Source: an uncultured Candidatus Kuenenia sp. (GTDB taxonomy: Bacteria > Planctomycetota > Planctomycetia > Pirellulales > UBA1268). From it: a stretch of DNA of 62,560 bases. The stretch covers positions 1 through 62,560 of the forward strand of contig CAYVNX010000005.1 in the NCBI GenBank assembly GCA_964453165.1. Reading direction: 5' to 3'. The translations under genes were made by a program, and so were the position numbers. The notes under the pieces are model-generated. The model saw only the letters and a program-made list of their open reading frames with translations, was not told where the DNA came from and did not search any database. Below are positions 51,117 to 60,640 of this stretch, piece by piece. Each line of letters begins with the position of its first letter. The first letter of the stretch is position 1.

Positions 51117-51940
51117 CACTATCCACCGCCACCAGACCGATCGCCGCACTCGAGGCGATGTTCGCCGCCAACCGGGCCGCCGGCCGCAAGGCGGTCGCCC
51201 CGTTCGTGACCGCGGGCGATCCCGATCCCGCCACCACCGTGGCGGTGCTCGAAGCGGTCGATCGGGCCGGGGCCTCGCTCTGCGAACTCGGTGTGCCCTA
51301 CAGCGATCCAATCGCCGACGGACCGGTGATCCAGGCTTCCTACACGCGGGCCCTCGGCTCGGGGATCACGCTCGAAAAAGTCTTCGGCGCGGCCCGCGAG
51401 GCGGCCGGCCGAATCTCGATGCCGATGCTCGCGATGGCGAGCTACTCGCTCGTCTTCCGCCGCGGCATCGACCGGTTCGTGGCCGATGCCGTCGCGGCGG
51501 GGCTGGCCGGCTTCGTCGTGCCCGACCTTCCGGTGGAAGAGTCAGACGATCTCGACCAAGCCTGCCGCTCAACCGGCCTCGCGCTCGTGCGGCTCGTCAC
51601 TCCCACCACGCCGCCGGAGCGTGCGGCGGCGATCGCGTCCAAGTCGACCGGCTTTCTCTACTGCGTGTCGGTGGCGGGTGTGACCGGCGCCCGTACCGAA
51701 CTGCCGCCCGGACTGATCGACCGGGTGAAGTGGCTGCGGACGCAGACCGACGTGCCGATCCTGGTGGGCTTCGGGATTTCCGGCCCCGACCAGGTGAAGG
51801 CCGTCTGCGAGGTCGCCGACGGCGCGATCGTGGGCTCGGCCCTCGTGCGGCTCGTCGCCGAGCAGGCGGCCCACGGCCCGGCCGCGCTTACCGCCGCCGT
51901 CGAGCGATTCGTCGCTGAACTCGTCGCCGCCGCCCGCTGA
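51113..51940 (+). CDS. trpA: Tryptophan synthase alpha chain
   Basis: [16 protein letters not shown]...[17 protein letters not shown]...GFGIS. ATGA overlap with trpB. Confidence 0.92.
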   Translation: MTLSTATRPIAALEAMFAANRAAGRKAVAPFVTAGDPDPATTVAVLEAVDRAGASLCELGVPYSDPIADGPVIQASYTRALGSGITLEKVFGAAREAAGRISMPMLAMASYSLVFRRGIDRFVADAVAAGLAGFVVPDLPVEESDDLDQACRSTGLALVRLVTPTTPPERAAAIASKSTGFLYCVSVAGVTGARTELPPGLIDRVKWLRTQTDVPILVGFGISGPDQVKAVCEVADGAIVGSALVRLVAEQAAHGPAALTAAVERFVAELVAAAR

Positions 51941-52071
51941 GCGACAATCTCCTGGGCGATCGCAGCAGCGTCTGGCGTGTCAGCGGCCGGCTGGCGACGA
52001 AACACGCCAGCCTCGACCATCAGGTCGTATTGCTCGCACGTGAACTTGAGGGTCGGTGTCGCAGTGGCCAT
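51941..52071 (-). pseudogene. Possible N-terminal remnant of a Uma2-family (DUF820) endonuclease gene
   Basis: MATATPTLKFTCEQYDLMVEAGVF resembles the Uma2 N-terminal pattern (..FTvdEYhrMaEAGil..). The reading frame then runs antisense into trpA, with no further resemblance. Confidence 0.3.
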
Positions 52072-52392
52072 GGCAGCCAGTACCGAGTCGCGACAGACGG
52101 GGATGTGACGCAATGTGATAGTACTATATATACGCCCGTACACGTTTGATCACCCCCCAGAAGAAAGGCTGTGGAGCCATAGCGTGTGGTCTGTCCCTCG
52201 CCGCGGACGACCGCAGTCATGCCGGATGGAACGCGCATTGCAGGGGCTTTCGGCGGTTTGCTACGATCCAATCAGGTGAGAGGTCGTGCGCGGCTTGCCG
52301 TGAGCGACCTGTGATGGTCCGCACCATTCCCGCCCTTCGCCGGGCGGACATGAGGCAGGCCGCGGCGGCGGCCCGCACGGAGGAGCGAGCCC

Positions 52393-52899
52393 ATGATGTT
52401 CTCCGCCCGGGATCCCTCGGACGTCGATCGATTCTTCCGCGGCCTCACCGAGTATGCGTTTCACGCACGGCTCGGCGTGGTCGATCCGCCGCTGGTGGAA
52501 TACGTGTCGCATCTGCTCGTCCGCTTTCTGCGGAACGAACGCCTCGCGGTGCAGCCCGGAGTCGCCGCGGCGTCGGCCGACGTCGCGCGGATGCTGCTCG
52601 CGGTCGAGCGACATCCCGTCGCCACCGATGCGATTGAGGAATACCGGCACATCGGCGATGTGACGCTGTTCTGGAGCGGCCTCTATCCCGAGGCGGTCGC
52701 GGGAACGGGTCGGCCGGGGCCCACCGACCCGCTCAGCGGCTACAAAGAGGCCGGCCGGCGGGCCTACTGGATAGCGAGCACCCTCGAGCCCGATGACGCG
52801 GCCGAGGAGCGGGCCCTCCTCCAGCGGCTGGCCCACGACTACGACCTCTGTGTCGAGGGGCTCGGCGAGGTCCGCCGCGCCTGGGGCGACGCGGCCTGA
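52393..52899 (+). CDS. Hypothetical cytoplasmic protein (168 aa)
   Basis: Non-repetitive composition (DRFFRGLTEYAFHARLGVVDPPLVEYVSHLLVRF...). ggaggagcgagcc lies before the ATG. Confidence 0.55.
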   Translation: MMFSARDPSDVDRFFRGLTEYAFHARLGVVDPPLVEYVSHLLVRFLRNERLAVQPGVAAASADVARMLLAVERHPVATDAIEEYRHIGDVTLFWSGLYPEAVAGTGRPGPTDPLSGYKEAGRRAYWIASTLEPDDAAEERALLQRLAHDYDLCVEGLGEVRRAWGDAA

Positions 52900-52913
52900 C
52901 ACCGAGCCGACGG

Positions 52914-53804
52914 TCACACCTGCGCCTGCCAGGGGGGCTCGTAGCCGGCGGCCTCCACCGGAAATCCGGCGCGCACGACGGCGGCGACGAGGGAGTGCGG
53001 ACCGATGACGGCCGGGTCGATCGCAACCACCAGTGTGTCGTCGTCGATCAACTCGGCCTCAGACACCAGCGGCTTCACGGCCGTCGTCGCCGCGGCTGCG
53101 TGGCCTGGCGATCGGATCGCGAATCGCCACCGCCGACCCTCGGCGAACGCGGCCGGATCATTTCGGCCCTCGGCCACGAGCCGTCCTTCCCGCAGCACCG
53201 CCAGATGCGTGAAGCAGGCGGGCACGCGACCGTCGTCCACCGCGGCCAGCACCGTCTTGCCCATGAGGCAGGTGTCTCCGATCAGCTGTTCGACCGCCCG
53301 GGTCTGGAAGGAGTCGAGGCCCGAGAAGGGATCGTCGAACAGCAACACCTCCGGATCGTGGAGCAGCGCCCGAGCGATCAGCAGGTGCTTGGCATGGCCG
53401 GCTGCGAGCGTGCCGAGCGGCGCTCGGCCCGCCGGGTCGAGCCTCGCCATGGCCAGCGACTTGGCCACGGCCTGCGTCGCCGCCTCCTGCCGTAGCCCGG
53501 CCGCGGCAGCGAAGAGCTCGAGGAATTCCCGGGCCCGCAGCCCGGGCCAGTCGGGCAGCGCATCGGGAGCGTAGCCGATCAGCCGCCGCACGGCCTCGCC
53601 CTCCCGCCGCACCGAGCGGCCCTGCACGAGCACATCGCCGCCATGCAGCGGCACCGCCGTCGCGATCGCGGCCACGAGCGTGCTCTTCCCAGCGCCGCTG
53701 GGGCCGACGATCGCCCAGGCCTCTCCCCCCCGCGCGTGCAGCGTGAGCGGTGCGATCACCAACTGCCCCGCCAGTTCCACGCTCACCCGGTCGCAACGAA
53801 TCAT
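52914..53804 (-). CDS. ABC transporter ATP-binding protein (no permease gene adjacent)
   Basis: Walker A GPSGAGKST. Signature-like AAGHAKHLLIARAL. Walker B LLFDDPFSGLD. C-terminal extension of about 80 aa. Confidence 0.8.
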   Translation of the reverse strand: MIRCDRVSVELAGQLVIAPLTLHARGGEAWAIVGPSGAGKSTLVAAIATAVPLHGGDVLVQGRSVRREGEAVRRLIGYAPDALPDWPGLRAREFLELFAAAAGLRQEAATQAVAKSLAMARLDPAGRAPLGTLAAGHAKHLLIARALLHDPEVLLFDDPFSGLDSFQTRAVEQLIGDTCLMGKTVLAAVDDGRVPACFTHLAVLREGRLVAEGRNDPAAFAEGRRWRFAIRSPGHAAAATTAVKPLVSEAELIDDDTLVVAIDPAVIGPHSLVAAVVRAGFPVEAAGYEPPWQAQV

Positions 53805-53838
53805 GCCCGAGCCAGCCCCTGGGGATGCTCCGGGTGGG

Positions 53839-55377
53839 TCATGCGTCGGCCTGTATGGAATCGGATCCGCCCGCGAGCCGATCGGCCGTCATCTCGATCG
53901 ACACGAGCAGTCCCCGGGCCTTGTTGAGCGTCTCCTCGAACTCCTTCTCCGGCACGCTATCGGCCACGATGCCGGCCCCGGATTGGACGAACGCCCGGCC
54001 GTCCTTGACCACGATCGTCCGCAGGGCGATGCAGGTGTCCATCGAGCCGGCGAAGTCGATGTAGCCCACCGCCCCGGCATAGGGGCCGCGGCGGACCGGC
54101 TCCAGTTCGTCGATGATCTGCATCGCACGAATCTTGGGCGCCCCTGAGACCGTGCCGGCCGGCAGACAGGCCCGCAGGGCCTCGAAGGCGGTGAGTTCCG
54201 GCCGGAGCCGCCCGGTGACGTTGCTCGTGAGGTGCATCACATGGCTATACCGCTCGATCGTCATCACGTCGGAGAGCACGACCGAACCGATCTCGCTCAC
54301 CCGTCCCACATCGTTGCGGCCGAGATCGATGAGCATCACGTGTTCGGCCCGCTCCTTGGGATCGGCGAGCAGATCCTCGGCCAGGGCCCGATCCTCGTCG
54401 GGCGTCGCCCCCCGACGCCGGGTGCCGGCGAGCGGCCGCACGGTCACCTCGCGGTCGACGCACCGCACCATGATCTCGGGTGAGCTGCCCACGAGGGTGC
54501 AGGCGGGCGACCGGAGATAGAACATGAACGGGCTGGGATTCACCACCCGCAGCGTGCGGTAGATCTCGAGAGCCGGGCCCGCGAAGGGCACGTCGAGCCG
54601 CCGGCTGAGCACCACCTGGAACACGTCGCCGGCCCGGATGTATTCGCTCGCCCGCTCGACCGCGGCGAGAAACTCCTCCCGGCCGAAGGCCGAGCGGGCC
54701 GAGCCGTCGGCCAGACAGCGGGGCTCGTGCCGCGGACCGATGTCGGCCGGCGGCGGCCAGTCGCTCGGGGCCGCAAGCCGGTCGATCGTCTCGTCGATCC
54801 GGCGGCAGGCCGCCGTATAGGCCGCAGCGATGCCGGCCTCCGTCGGATCCTCGATCCGCGCGAGCACCACCACGTCGATCGCCTTGGTGGCGTTGTCGAA
54901 CACGACGAGCCGGTCGTAGAAGGCGAAGTCGAGATCGGGCAGGCCGAGGTCGTCCGGCGGTGGATCGGGCAGCCGCTCGACGTAGCGGACGGAGTCGTAG
55001 GCCGCATAGCCGACGGCGCCAGAGGTGAACGGGGGCAGTTCCGGCAGCCGCGCGGGGCGGTATTCGGCCACCCGCCGCTCGAGTTCCGCCAGCGGATCGT
55101 CAGACTCGCACTCCTCGACGCCCTGGCTGGTGATCACCCGCACCTTCCGGCCGCGGGCCTCGAGGCGAAGAAAGGGATCGGCACCCAGGAAGCTGTAGCG
55201 GCCCACCCGCTCGCCGCCCACCACGCTTTCGAACAGACAGGCGGCCTCGCCGGCGTCGAGCCGAGCAAACGCGGAGAGGGGCGTGAGGGCGTCGGCGAAC
55301 AGCCTGCGGTAGACCGGCACGAGCCGGCTTTCGGCGGCCAGGGCGGCAAATCGGGACCGATCCGGCAGGTGGGACAT
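53839..55377 (-). CDS. trpE: Anthranilate synthase component I
   Basis: LTPLSAFARL...LFESV...; C-terminal chorismate-binding motifs GTVSGAPKIRAMQIIDELE...RGPYAGAVGY. Confidence 0.92.
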   Translation of the reverse strand: MSHLPDRSRFAALAAESRLVPVYRRLFADALTPLSAFARLDAGEAACLFESVVGGERVGRYSFLGADPFLRLEARGRKVRVITSQGVEECESDDPLAELERRVAEYRPARLPELPPFTSGAVGYAAYDSVRYVERLPDPPPDDLGLPDLDFAFYDRLVVFDNATKAIDVVVLARIEDPTEAGIAAAYTAACRRIDETIDRLAAPSDWPPPADIGPRHEPRCLADGSARSAFGREEFLAAVERASEYIRAGDVFQVVLSRRLDVPFAGPALEIYRTLRVVNPSPFMFYLRSPACTLVGSSPEIMVRCVDREVTVRPLAGTRRRGATPDEDRALAEDLLADPKERAEHVMLIDLGRNDVGRVSEIGSVVLSDVMTIERYSHVMHLTSNVTGRLRPELTAFEALRACLPAGTVSGAPKIRAMQIIDELEPVRRGPYAGAVGYIDFAGSMDTCIALRTIVVKDGRAFVQSGAGIVADSVPEKEFEETLNKARGLLVSIEMTADRLAGGSDSIQADA

Positions 55378-55571
55378 GGAAGCTGCGGTTCACCAGGGGA
55401 CGAACGGCACGGGCCGCATAGCCTCCGGAGACTACCCGTGGCGGCGGGGGGTGAACAACCGGCCGCAGTCCACCCCGGGCCCGCGGCCCCGGTCCCGGCC
55501 GCAACCGACTGCCCGCGACCGCAGGCCAGGCAACCGCTATGATTCGGCATGAGGTGCCCCCGGAGCGTGCC

Positions 55572-56108
55572 ATGAAGTGTCAGCAGTGTGACAAGCAGGC
55601 GGTCTTTCACATCACCGAACTCGAGACGGGTGAGGTGCGGGAACTCCACCTCTGTGAGGACCACGCCCGCGCCTACCTCAGCCAGTCGGAATCCGGCGGC
55701 GGGACCGACGAAGGCGGCCCGGGAACGGGCCTGAGCGGGCCACTCACGGTCGGCCAGACCGCCGACGAGTTGGCGGTGCTCGACAAGAAGGCCTGCGACA
55801 TGTGCGGCATCACCTTCTTCGAGTTTCGCAACCAGGGCCGGCTCGGCTGTCCGCACGACTATGTCCACTTCGAGAAGGAACTCGAACCGCTGATCTCGAA
55901 CATTCACGGCAGCACCCGGCACACCGGCCGGCGGCCGGATCGGGCCGGCGGCCCGCTGCCGGAGGCGACCGAGGAACTCACGGCCGTGATCGGTCTCCGC
56001 CGCTCGATGCAGGAGGCGATCACCTGCGAAGACTATGAACAAGCCCGCGAGATCCGCGACGAGATTCGTCGGATCGAAGACCGCTGGCTGGCCGTCTCTC
56101 CCGCTTGA
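55572..56108 (+). CDS. mcsA: McsA-like protein arginine kinase activator (zinc-ribbon plus UVR motif)
   Basis: MKCQQCDKQAVFHITE...LHLCEDH, a second CDMCG...LGCPHDY, and a C-terminal UVR-like EDYEQAREIRDEIRRIE. Confidence 0.75.
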   Translation: MKCQQCDKQAVFHITELETGEVRELHLCEDHARAYLSQSESGGGTDEGGPGTGLSGPLTVGQTADELAVLDKKACDMCGITFFEFRNQGRLGCPHDYVHFEKELEPLISNIHGSTRHTGRRPDRAGGPLPEATEELTAVIGLRRSMQEAITCEDYEQAREIRDEIRRIEDRWLAVSPA

Positions 56109-57199
56109 ACGCTCCGGATCCCAACGACCCGATGAACATCGAATCCCTGACACATGTGACCGGCGAATGGCTCAAGGGCACCGGCCCCGAGTCCGACATC
56201 GTGATGAGCAGCCGGGTGCGGCTCGCCCGCAATCTCGCCCACTATCCATTCGTCAGCCGCGCCTCCGAGCAGGATCGCGTGGAGATCGACCGGTTTCTCC
56301 GGGAACGGATTGCGACGGCGCCCGTGGGCAAGAGCCTGGAATACATCGACGTCGGGCACCTCGAGGAGATTGACCGCCAGTTGCTCGTGGAGCGGCAGCT
56401 GATCAGCCGCGAGCACGCCGAGGCCCAGGGAGCCCGGGGCGTGGCGATCGACGGCCGCGAGCAGGTCAGCCTGATGATCAACGAGGAAGACCACCTCCGG
56501 ATTCAGTGCATGCATAGCGGACTCGACCTGCGGGGCGTGTGGGATCAGATCCGGGTGGTGGACGACGAGATCGGCCGGGTCGTGCCCTACGCGTTCCACG
56601 AACGCTGGGGCTACCTCACGGCCTGCCCCACCAACGTGGGCACCGGCATCCGGGTGAGCGTGATGCTCCACCTGCCGGCGCTCGTAATCACGCGTCAGAT
56701 CGACAAGGTTTTCCGCAGCCTCCACAAGATCTCGCTGGCTGTCCGCGGCCTGTACGGCGAAGGCTCCCAGGCGATGGGCGACTTCTACCAGATCTCCAAC
56801 CAGACCACGCTCGGCCGCACCGAGGAGGAACTCGTCGAGCAGGTCGGCGACGTCGTCCCGGTCCTGATCGATTACGAGCGGCGGGCCCGCGAGTTCCTGG
56901 TGCGGGAGACCCAGCAGAACGTCCACGACCAGGTAAGCCGCGCCTTCGGCATCCTCCGCACCGCTCAGACGATCACAGCCGAGGAGACGATGCAGCTCCT
57001 CTCCCGCGTGCGCATGGGGGTGCTCCTGGGCCTGATCGGCGACGTCAACATCGCCGACATCAACTCGCTGCTCGTCCGCACCCAGCCGGCCCACCTGCAA
57101 AAGATCCGGGGGGTCGAACTCGACACGAAGGACCGCAACATCGAGCGGGCCCGCTACCTGCGGCAGCACTTCGAGGGCGCCGAACCGGCGCCGAACTGA
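56105..57199 (+). CDS. mcsB: Protein arginine kinase (ATP:guanido phosphotransferase family)
   Basis: SSRVRLARNLAHYPF...INEEDHLRIQ...GYLTACPTNVGTGIRVSVMLHLPAL. TTG at 56105 overlaps the mcsA stop (alternative ATG 56132). Confidence 0.85.
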   Translation: MNAPDPNDPMNIESLTHVTGEWLKGTGPESDIVMSSRVRLARNLAHYPFVSRASEQDRVEIDRFLRERIATAPVGKSLEYIDVGHLEEIDRQLLVERQLISREHAEAQGARGVAIDGREQVSLMINEEDHLRIQCMHSGLDLRGVWDQIRVVDDEIGRVVPYAFHERWGYLTACPTNVGTGIRVSVMLHLPALVITRQIDKVFRSLHKISLAVRGLYGEGSQAMGDFYQISNQTTLGRTEEELVEQVGDVVPVLIDYERRAREFLVRETQQNVHDQVSRAFGILRTAQTITAEETMQLLSRVRMGVLLGLIGDVNIADINSLLVRTQPAHLQKIRGVELDTKDRNIERARYLRQHFEGAEPAPN

Positions 57200-57208
57200 A
57201 TCCCGCCC

Positions 57209-57715
57209 TCAGCCCGCCGCAAACTTTCCGCGCAGGGCGGCGAGCACAGGAAGCGGCACGAACTTGAGCAGGGCCTCGTCGTCGGCCAGGGGCGTGATCT
57301 GCTTGAGCAGCGACGACGAAATGTGGGAGTAGGCGGCGTCGGCCATCAGAAACACGGTCTCGACGTCCGGATCGAGTTTTCGGTTCGCGAGCGTCATCGT
57401 GAACTCCGCCTCGATGTCGGTCAGCGACCGCACCCCGCGAAGCAGAACCCTCGCTCCCTGTTCACGCACGAAGGCCACCGACAGCCCGCTGAAGAGTTCC
57501 ACCCGCACATTGCCGAGGCCGTCGAGCGACTCCCGCACCAGCCGCACCCGCTCCTCGAGCGTGAACAGCGGATGCTTATCGGGGTTGATGCCCACCCCCA
57601 CCACGATCCGCTCGAAGATCCGACTCGCCCTGGTGATCACGTCGAGGTGACCGAGGGTGATCGGGTCGAACGAGCCGGTGTAGACCGCGGACCGGCTGAC
57701 GGTGGTTTCGGACAT
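57209..57715 (-). CDS. coaD: Phosphopantetheine adenylyltransferase
   Basis: AVYTGSFDPITLGHLDVITRA...ISSSLLKQI. ATG at 57715. Confidence 0.9.
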   Translation of the reverse strand: MSETTVSRSAVYTGSFDPITLGHLDVITRASRIFERIVVGVGINPDKHPLFTLEERVRLVRESLDGLGNVRVELFSGLSVAFVREQGARVLLRGVRSLTDIEAEFTMTLANRKLDPDVETVFLMADAAYSHISSSLLKQITPLADDEALLKFVPLPVLAALRGKFAAG

Positions 57716-57844
57716 CACCCGATCACTCCTCCGAACCGGCAGGGCGAGCCGGGGCTGAACACACCCCCGGGATGCACGGGCCGGGATTCCGTCGAAGATC
57801 CGAGGTGGCTCCCGGCGGCGGAGCAATTATGGTAAGGAAAAGGT

Positions 57845-58093
57845 TTGTTTGTCATCCTTCCTCGAGAAGCCGGAGATTTCGTGTCGAAGCCGCTCGCCAT
57901 CACGGGGCTGGTCGCATCCGGGCTGATCGTGATCCTGTTTCTCGCCGATCTGATCGCGGGGTTTCCGTTCGGACGGGTGAGCATGTTTTTCGACGTGGCG
58001 TTCCTGCTCGGCGGGCTGGTCGTGGCCTACCTGAGCTGGTCGATCATGCCCCCTGCAAGCCGGTCGAAGACTGGCTCGGCTGCTGCGGGCTGA
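57845..58093 (+). CDS. Small two-TM membrane protein
   Basis: ITGLVASGLIVILFLADLIAGF and FFDVAFLLGGLVVAYLSWSI. Start uncertain (an internal GTG is possible). Confidence 0.45.
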   Translation: MFVILPREAGDFVSKPLAITGLVASGLIVILFLADLIAGFPFGRVSMFFDVAFLLGGLVVAYLSWSIMPPASRSKTGSAAAG

Positions 58094-58106
58094 CCCGCCG
58101 CGGCGC

Positions 58107-58820
58107 TCACGCCGCCCGCAGGACCGATCCGGCCAGCGGCTGCCGCTCCTCGCCGGCGAGCCGGGCCACGAGCCCGCGGACCGTTTCGGCCGTGGCCGTG
58201 CCGCGATCGACATGCCGCTCGGCCCAGGCGAGCCGGCGTTCGAGGCGGGGATGCATGCACAGTCTGCCGCCACTGCCGCTCATCAGACCTTCGGTCGCGA
58301 TCGTGCGGAGCGACGACGCCCTCAGCCGAGGCAGGCCTCGGCCCAGCCATGCGAGCCAGCCCCGCGGTTCGGCCTGAGCGGCCTCGACCTCCCAGAGCCC
58401 CCAGGCCGTGTTGCGGCACCGCCAGCCTTTGGGTGCCGGCCTCCGTGAGCCGCGGCTCTCGTCCGCGAGCCGATCGACGACGACGGCCCTGACGCCTTCG
58501 TCCACGAGCAGATCGCGATGACTCCGATCGATTGGCGCGTGGATGGCCACCGTGTCGAGTTGCGGCACCGCCTCGCGACCACGCGCCAGAAGCGTCCGCA
58601 CCCGCTGGCGAGCGTCGATCGAGGCCGCGGGGAGATCGAGAGCGACGGCCGCCGGCATTCGGCCCGTCGCCGCCCAATCGGCCAGCGTGTCCCAGGACGC
58701 GATCCAGGTGACCGGCACCGGCGAACGGTCGAGGCGCGGCCACTCGCTCCGCCGGCCTCCGGCCGTCCCCGACACCGTGGCACAAACGACGATCGTGGCC
58801 CGCGTATCCGCTGATTGCAT
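58107..58820 (-). CDS. Hypothetical protein (237 aa), no domain recognised
   Basis: ORF with non-repetitive composition, downstream of and co-oriented with cobA/hemD. ATG at 58820. Confidence 0.45.
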   Translation of the reverse strand: MQSADTRATIVVCATVSGTAGGRRSEWPRLDRSPVPVTWIASWDTLADWAATGRMPAAVALDLPAASIDARQRVRTLLARGREAVPQLDTVAIHAPIDRSHRDLLVDEGVRAVVVDRLADESRGSRRPAPKGWRCRNTAWGLWEVEAAQAEPRGWLAWLGRGLPRLRASSLRTIATEGLMSGSGGRLCMHPRLERRLAWAERHVDRGTATAETVRGLVARLAGEERQPLAGSVLRAA

Positions 58821-59000
58821 GCCCGTTCCCCCAGGTTTCAGCCTGAATGGATATCGACCCACCGCCGCCCGGCGGTTCAGCCAGACCGAAACCCGCCCCC
58901 CTGGCCCGCAGACTCGCCCACGCTGCCTTTCAACCCGTGCGTATCAGGCAACGGGGGCAAGGCTGGCAAGCGTTTCGGCAGTCAGCACGAGACGAGCGGC

Positions 59001-60500
59001 TCAGCCGGCGTCGATGATCGCCCGTGCCAGGCCCGCGGCCGTCGCTTCAACTGCCTCGGCGGCAGGTTCCAGCCCGAATCGCCGGAGCGTCTCGGTGGTG
59101 ACCGGACTCAGGCTCGCGATCCGCCACCGCCGCAACCGGTCGCCAAAGAGCCGCGTCGCCGCCTCGACGATCCGGCCACTGGTCACGGTGATCCAAACGT
59201 CGCCGTCGCGGGCGACCGCCGCTTCCGTCGCCGACCTCAGGTGCGACACCGGCAACGACTGGTAGGCGGCCACTTCGTCCACATGCTGCCCGGCAGACTC
59301 CAGGCTCCGTCGGAGCAGATCGCGGCCCGCCTCGGCTCGCACCAGTAGAAAGCGGCCGCCGGGCGGCAGGCTGGCGAAGGCCGCCACCAGACCTTCGGAA
59401 CTGAATTGCTCCGGCATACGATCGCAGACGAAACCGGACGCCTCCAGGGCTTCCCGCGTCGCCGGTCCGATCGCCGCGAGCCGTGCCGTGCCCAGGGCTC
59501 GCCCGTCTTTCTTGGCCGCTGCCAGCCGGTGGACGAACGAACGCACCCCGTTGCTGCTGGCGAACACGATCCAATCGTAGGTGTCGAGCCGCCCGATCGC
59601 CGCATCGAGCGGAGCCCAGGAAGGCGGCTCCGCGATCCGGATCACCGGCACGGAAAGACACTCGGCCCCAGCGGCCTCGAGGAGCCGAACCAACTCGCCC
59701 TCCTGACCTTCGGGCCTGGTCAGGATCACGCGGCGGCCGTGCAGCCGACCGCCCTGCGCCGTCCGCAGGACGGGGCCGACCAGGAGCATCGCGGGAGGCT
59801 GCCAGCCCTCCCGCTCGGCCGCGGCCGCGCACTCGGCGAGCGTGCAGGTTGCGAGCTGTTGATCGGGCCACGAGCAACGGCTCACCACGGCCACCGGTGT
59901 GCTGCCGGGACGGCCCGCCGCGAGCAGCTGCCGCGACCACTCGGCCACCTGCTCCACACCCATGTAGACCGCCAACGTCCCGGGCAGGTGGGCGAGCGAC
60001 TGAAAGTCGATCGGCCCGTCCTTGCCCCGGGCCTCGTGGCCGGTGATGAGCGTGAGACTCGAGGCCTTGCCCCGGCTGGTGAGCGGTCTGCCGAGGGCCG
60101 CAGCGGCCGCGAGCGCCGCGGTGATGCCGGGCACCAGTTCCACCTGCACCCCCGCTCGTTCGAGCGGTTCGAGTTCCTCCTCGAGCCGGGCGAAGACGGT
60201 CGGATCCCCGCCCTTGAGTCGCACCACCCGACGGCCGGCCGCGGCCAACTCGGCGAGGAGTTCGCCGGTGGTCCGTCCTGGATCTGCATCGGACAGGTCC
60301 CGCCGATCCACGCAGATCCGCTCGGCGGTGGCCGGAATCAGCGAGAGCACCTCGGGTGAGACCAACCGGTCATGGACCACGACCTCCGCCGCGGCGAGGG
60401 CCGAGGCTGCGCGAACCGTCAGGAGATCGGGAGCCCCGGGGCCGGCCCCGAGAAACAACACGGAATGAGGTTTTGGAGTGGAATCGGGGCTGGAGGGCAT
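59001..60500 (-). CDS. cobA: Fused uroporphyrinogen-III C-methyltransferase / uroporphyrinogen-III synthase
   Basis: N-terminal half VLFLGAGPGAPDLLTVRA...VVRLKGGDP (SUMT). C-terminal half RVILTRPEGQEGELVRLLEAAGAECLSVPVIRI (HemD-like). Confidence 0.8.
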   Translation of the reverse strand: MPSSPDSTPKPHSVLFLGAGPGAPDLLTVRAASALAAAEVVVHDRLVSPEVLSLIPATAERICVDRRDLSDADPGRTTGELLAELAAAGRRVVRLKGGDPTVFARLEEELEPLERAGVQVELVPGITAALAAAAALGRPLTSRGKASSLTLITGHEARGKDGPIDFQSLAHLPGTLAVYMGVEQVAEWSRQLLAAGRPGSTPVAVVSRCSWPDQQLATCTLAECAAAAEREGWQPPAMLLVGPVLRTAQGGRLHGRRVILTRPEGQEGELVRLLEAAGAECLSVPVIRIAEPPSWAPLDAAIGRLDTYDWIVFASSNGVRSFVHRLAAAKKDGRALGTARLAAIGPATREALEASGFVCDRMPEQFSSEGLVAAFASLPPGGRFLLVRAEAGRDLLRRSLESAGQHVDEVAAYQSLPVSHLRSATEAAVARDGDVWITVTSGRIVEAATRLFGDRLRRWRIASLSPVTTETLRRFGLEPAAEAVEATAAGLARAIIDAG

Positions 60501-60640
60501 GGCCGGAGCCGCGCGAATGGGAAGGCGGGTTTGTGGTGGATCCGGCCGAAACCTACACTGCGGACGTCGAAGCGGGGCGGCCGCCGGCAGCCGGAAATCT
60601 GGCCGACTCGACGTCGTGTGAAGGGCATTCTGGATCGGAC

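Noticed and set aside
48903-51311. Oversized track ORFs taken at face value (48903..51311, 41087..45517, 21094..22908, 33207..36770, 31454..33391, 49428..51116, 29303..30511).
   Set aside because: Homology begins at internal start codons (for example MPELPEVET at 49772, MPTSIARR at 44782, MPATAISPT at 22584). The upstream parts run through intergenic DNA or antisense to neighbouring genes.
52146-52637. A 163-aa plus-strand ORF upstream of and overlapping 52393..52899.
   Set aside because: The product is Arg-rich and low-complexity (RRGRSAAGGIR...RRRADAARGRATSRRHRCD). The alternative frame, 52393..52899, has protein-like composition and an RBS.
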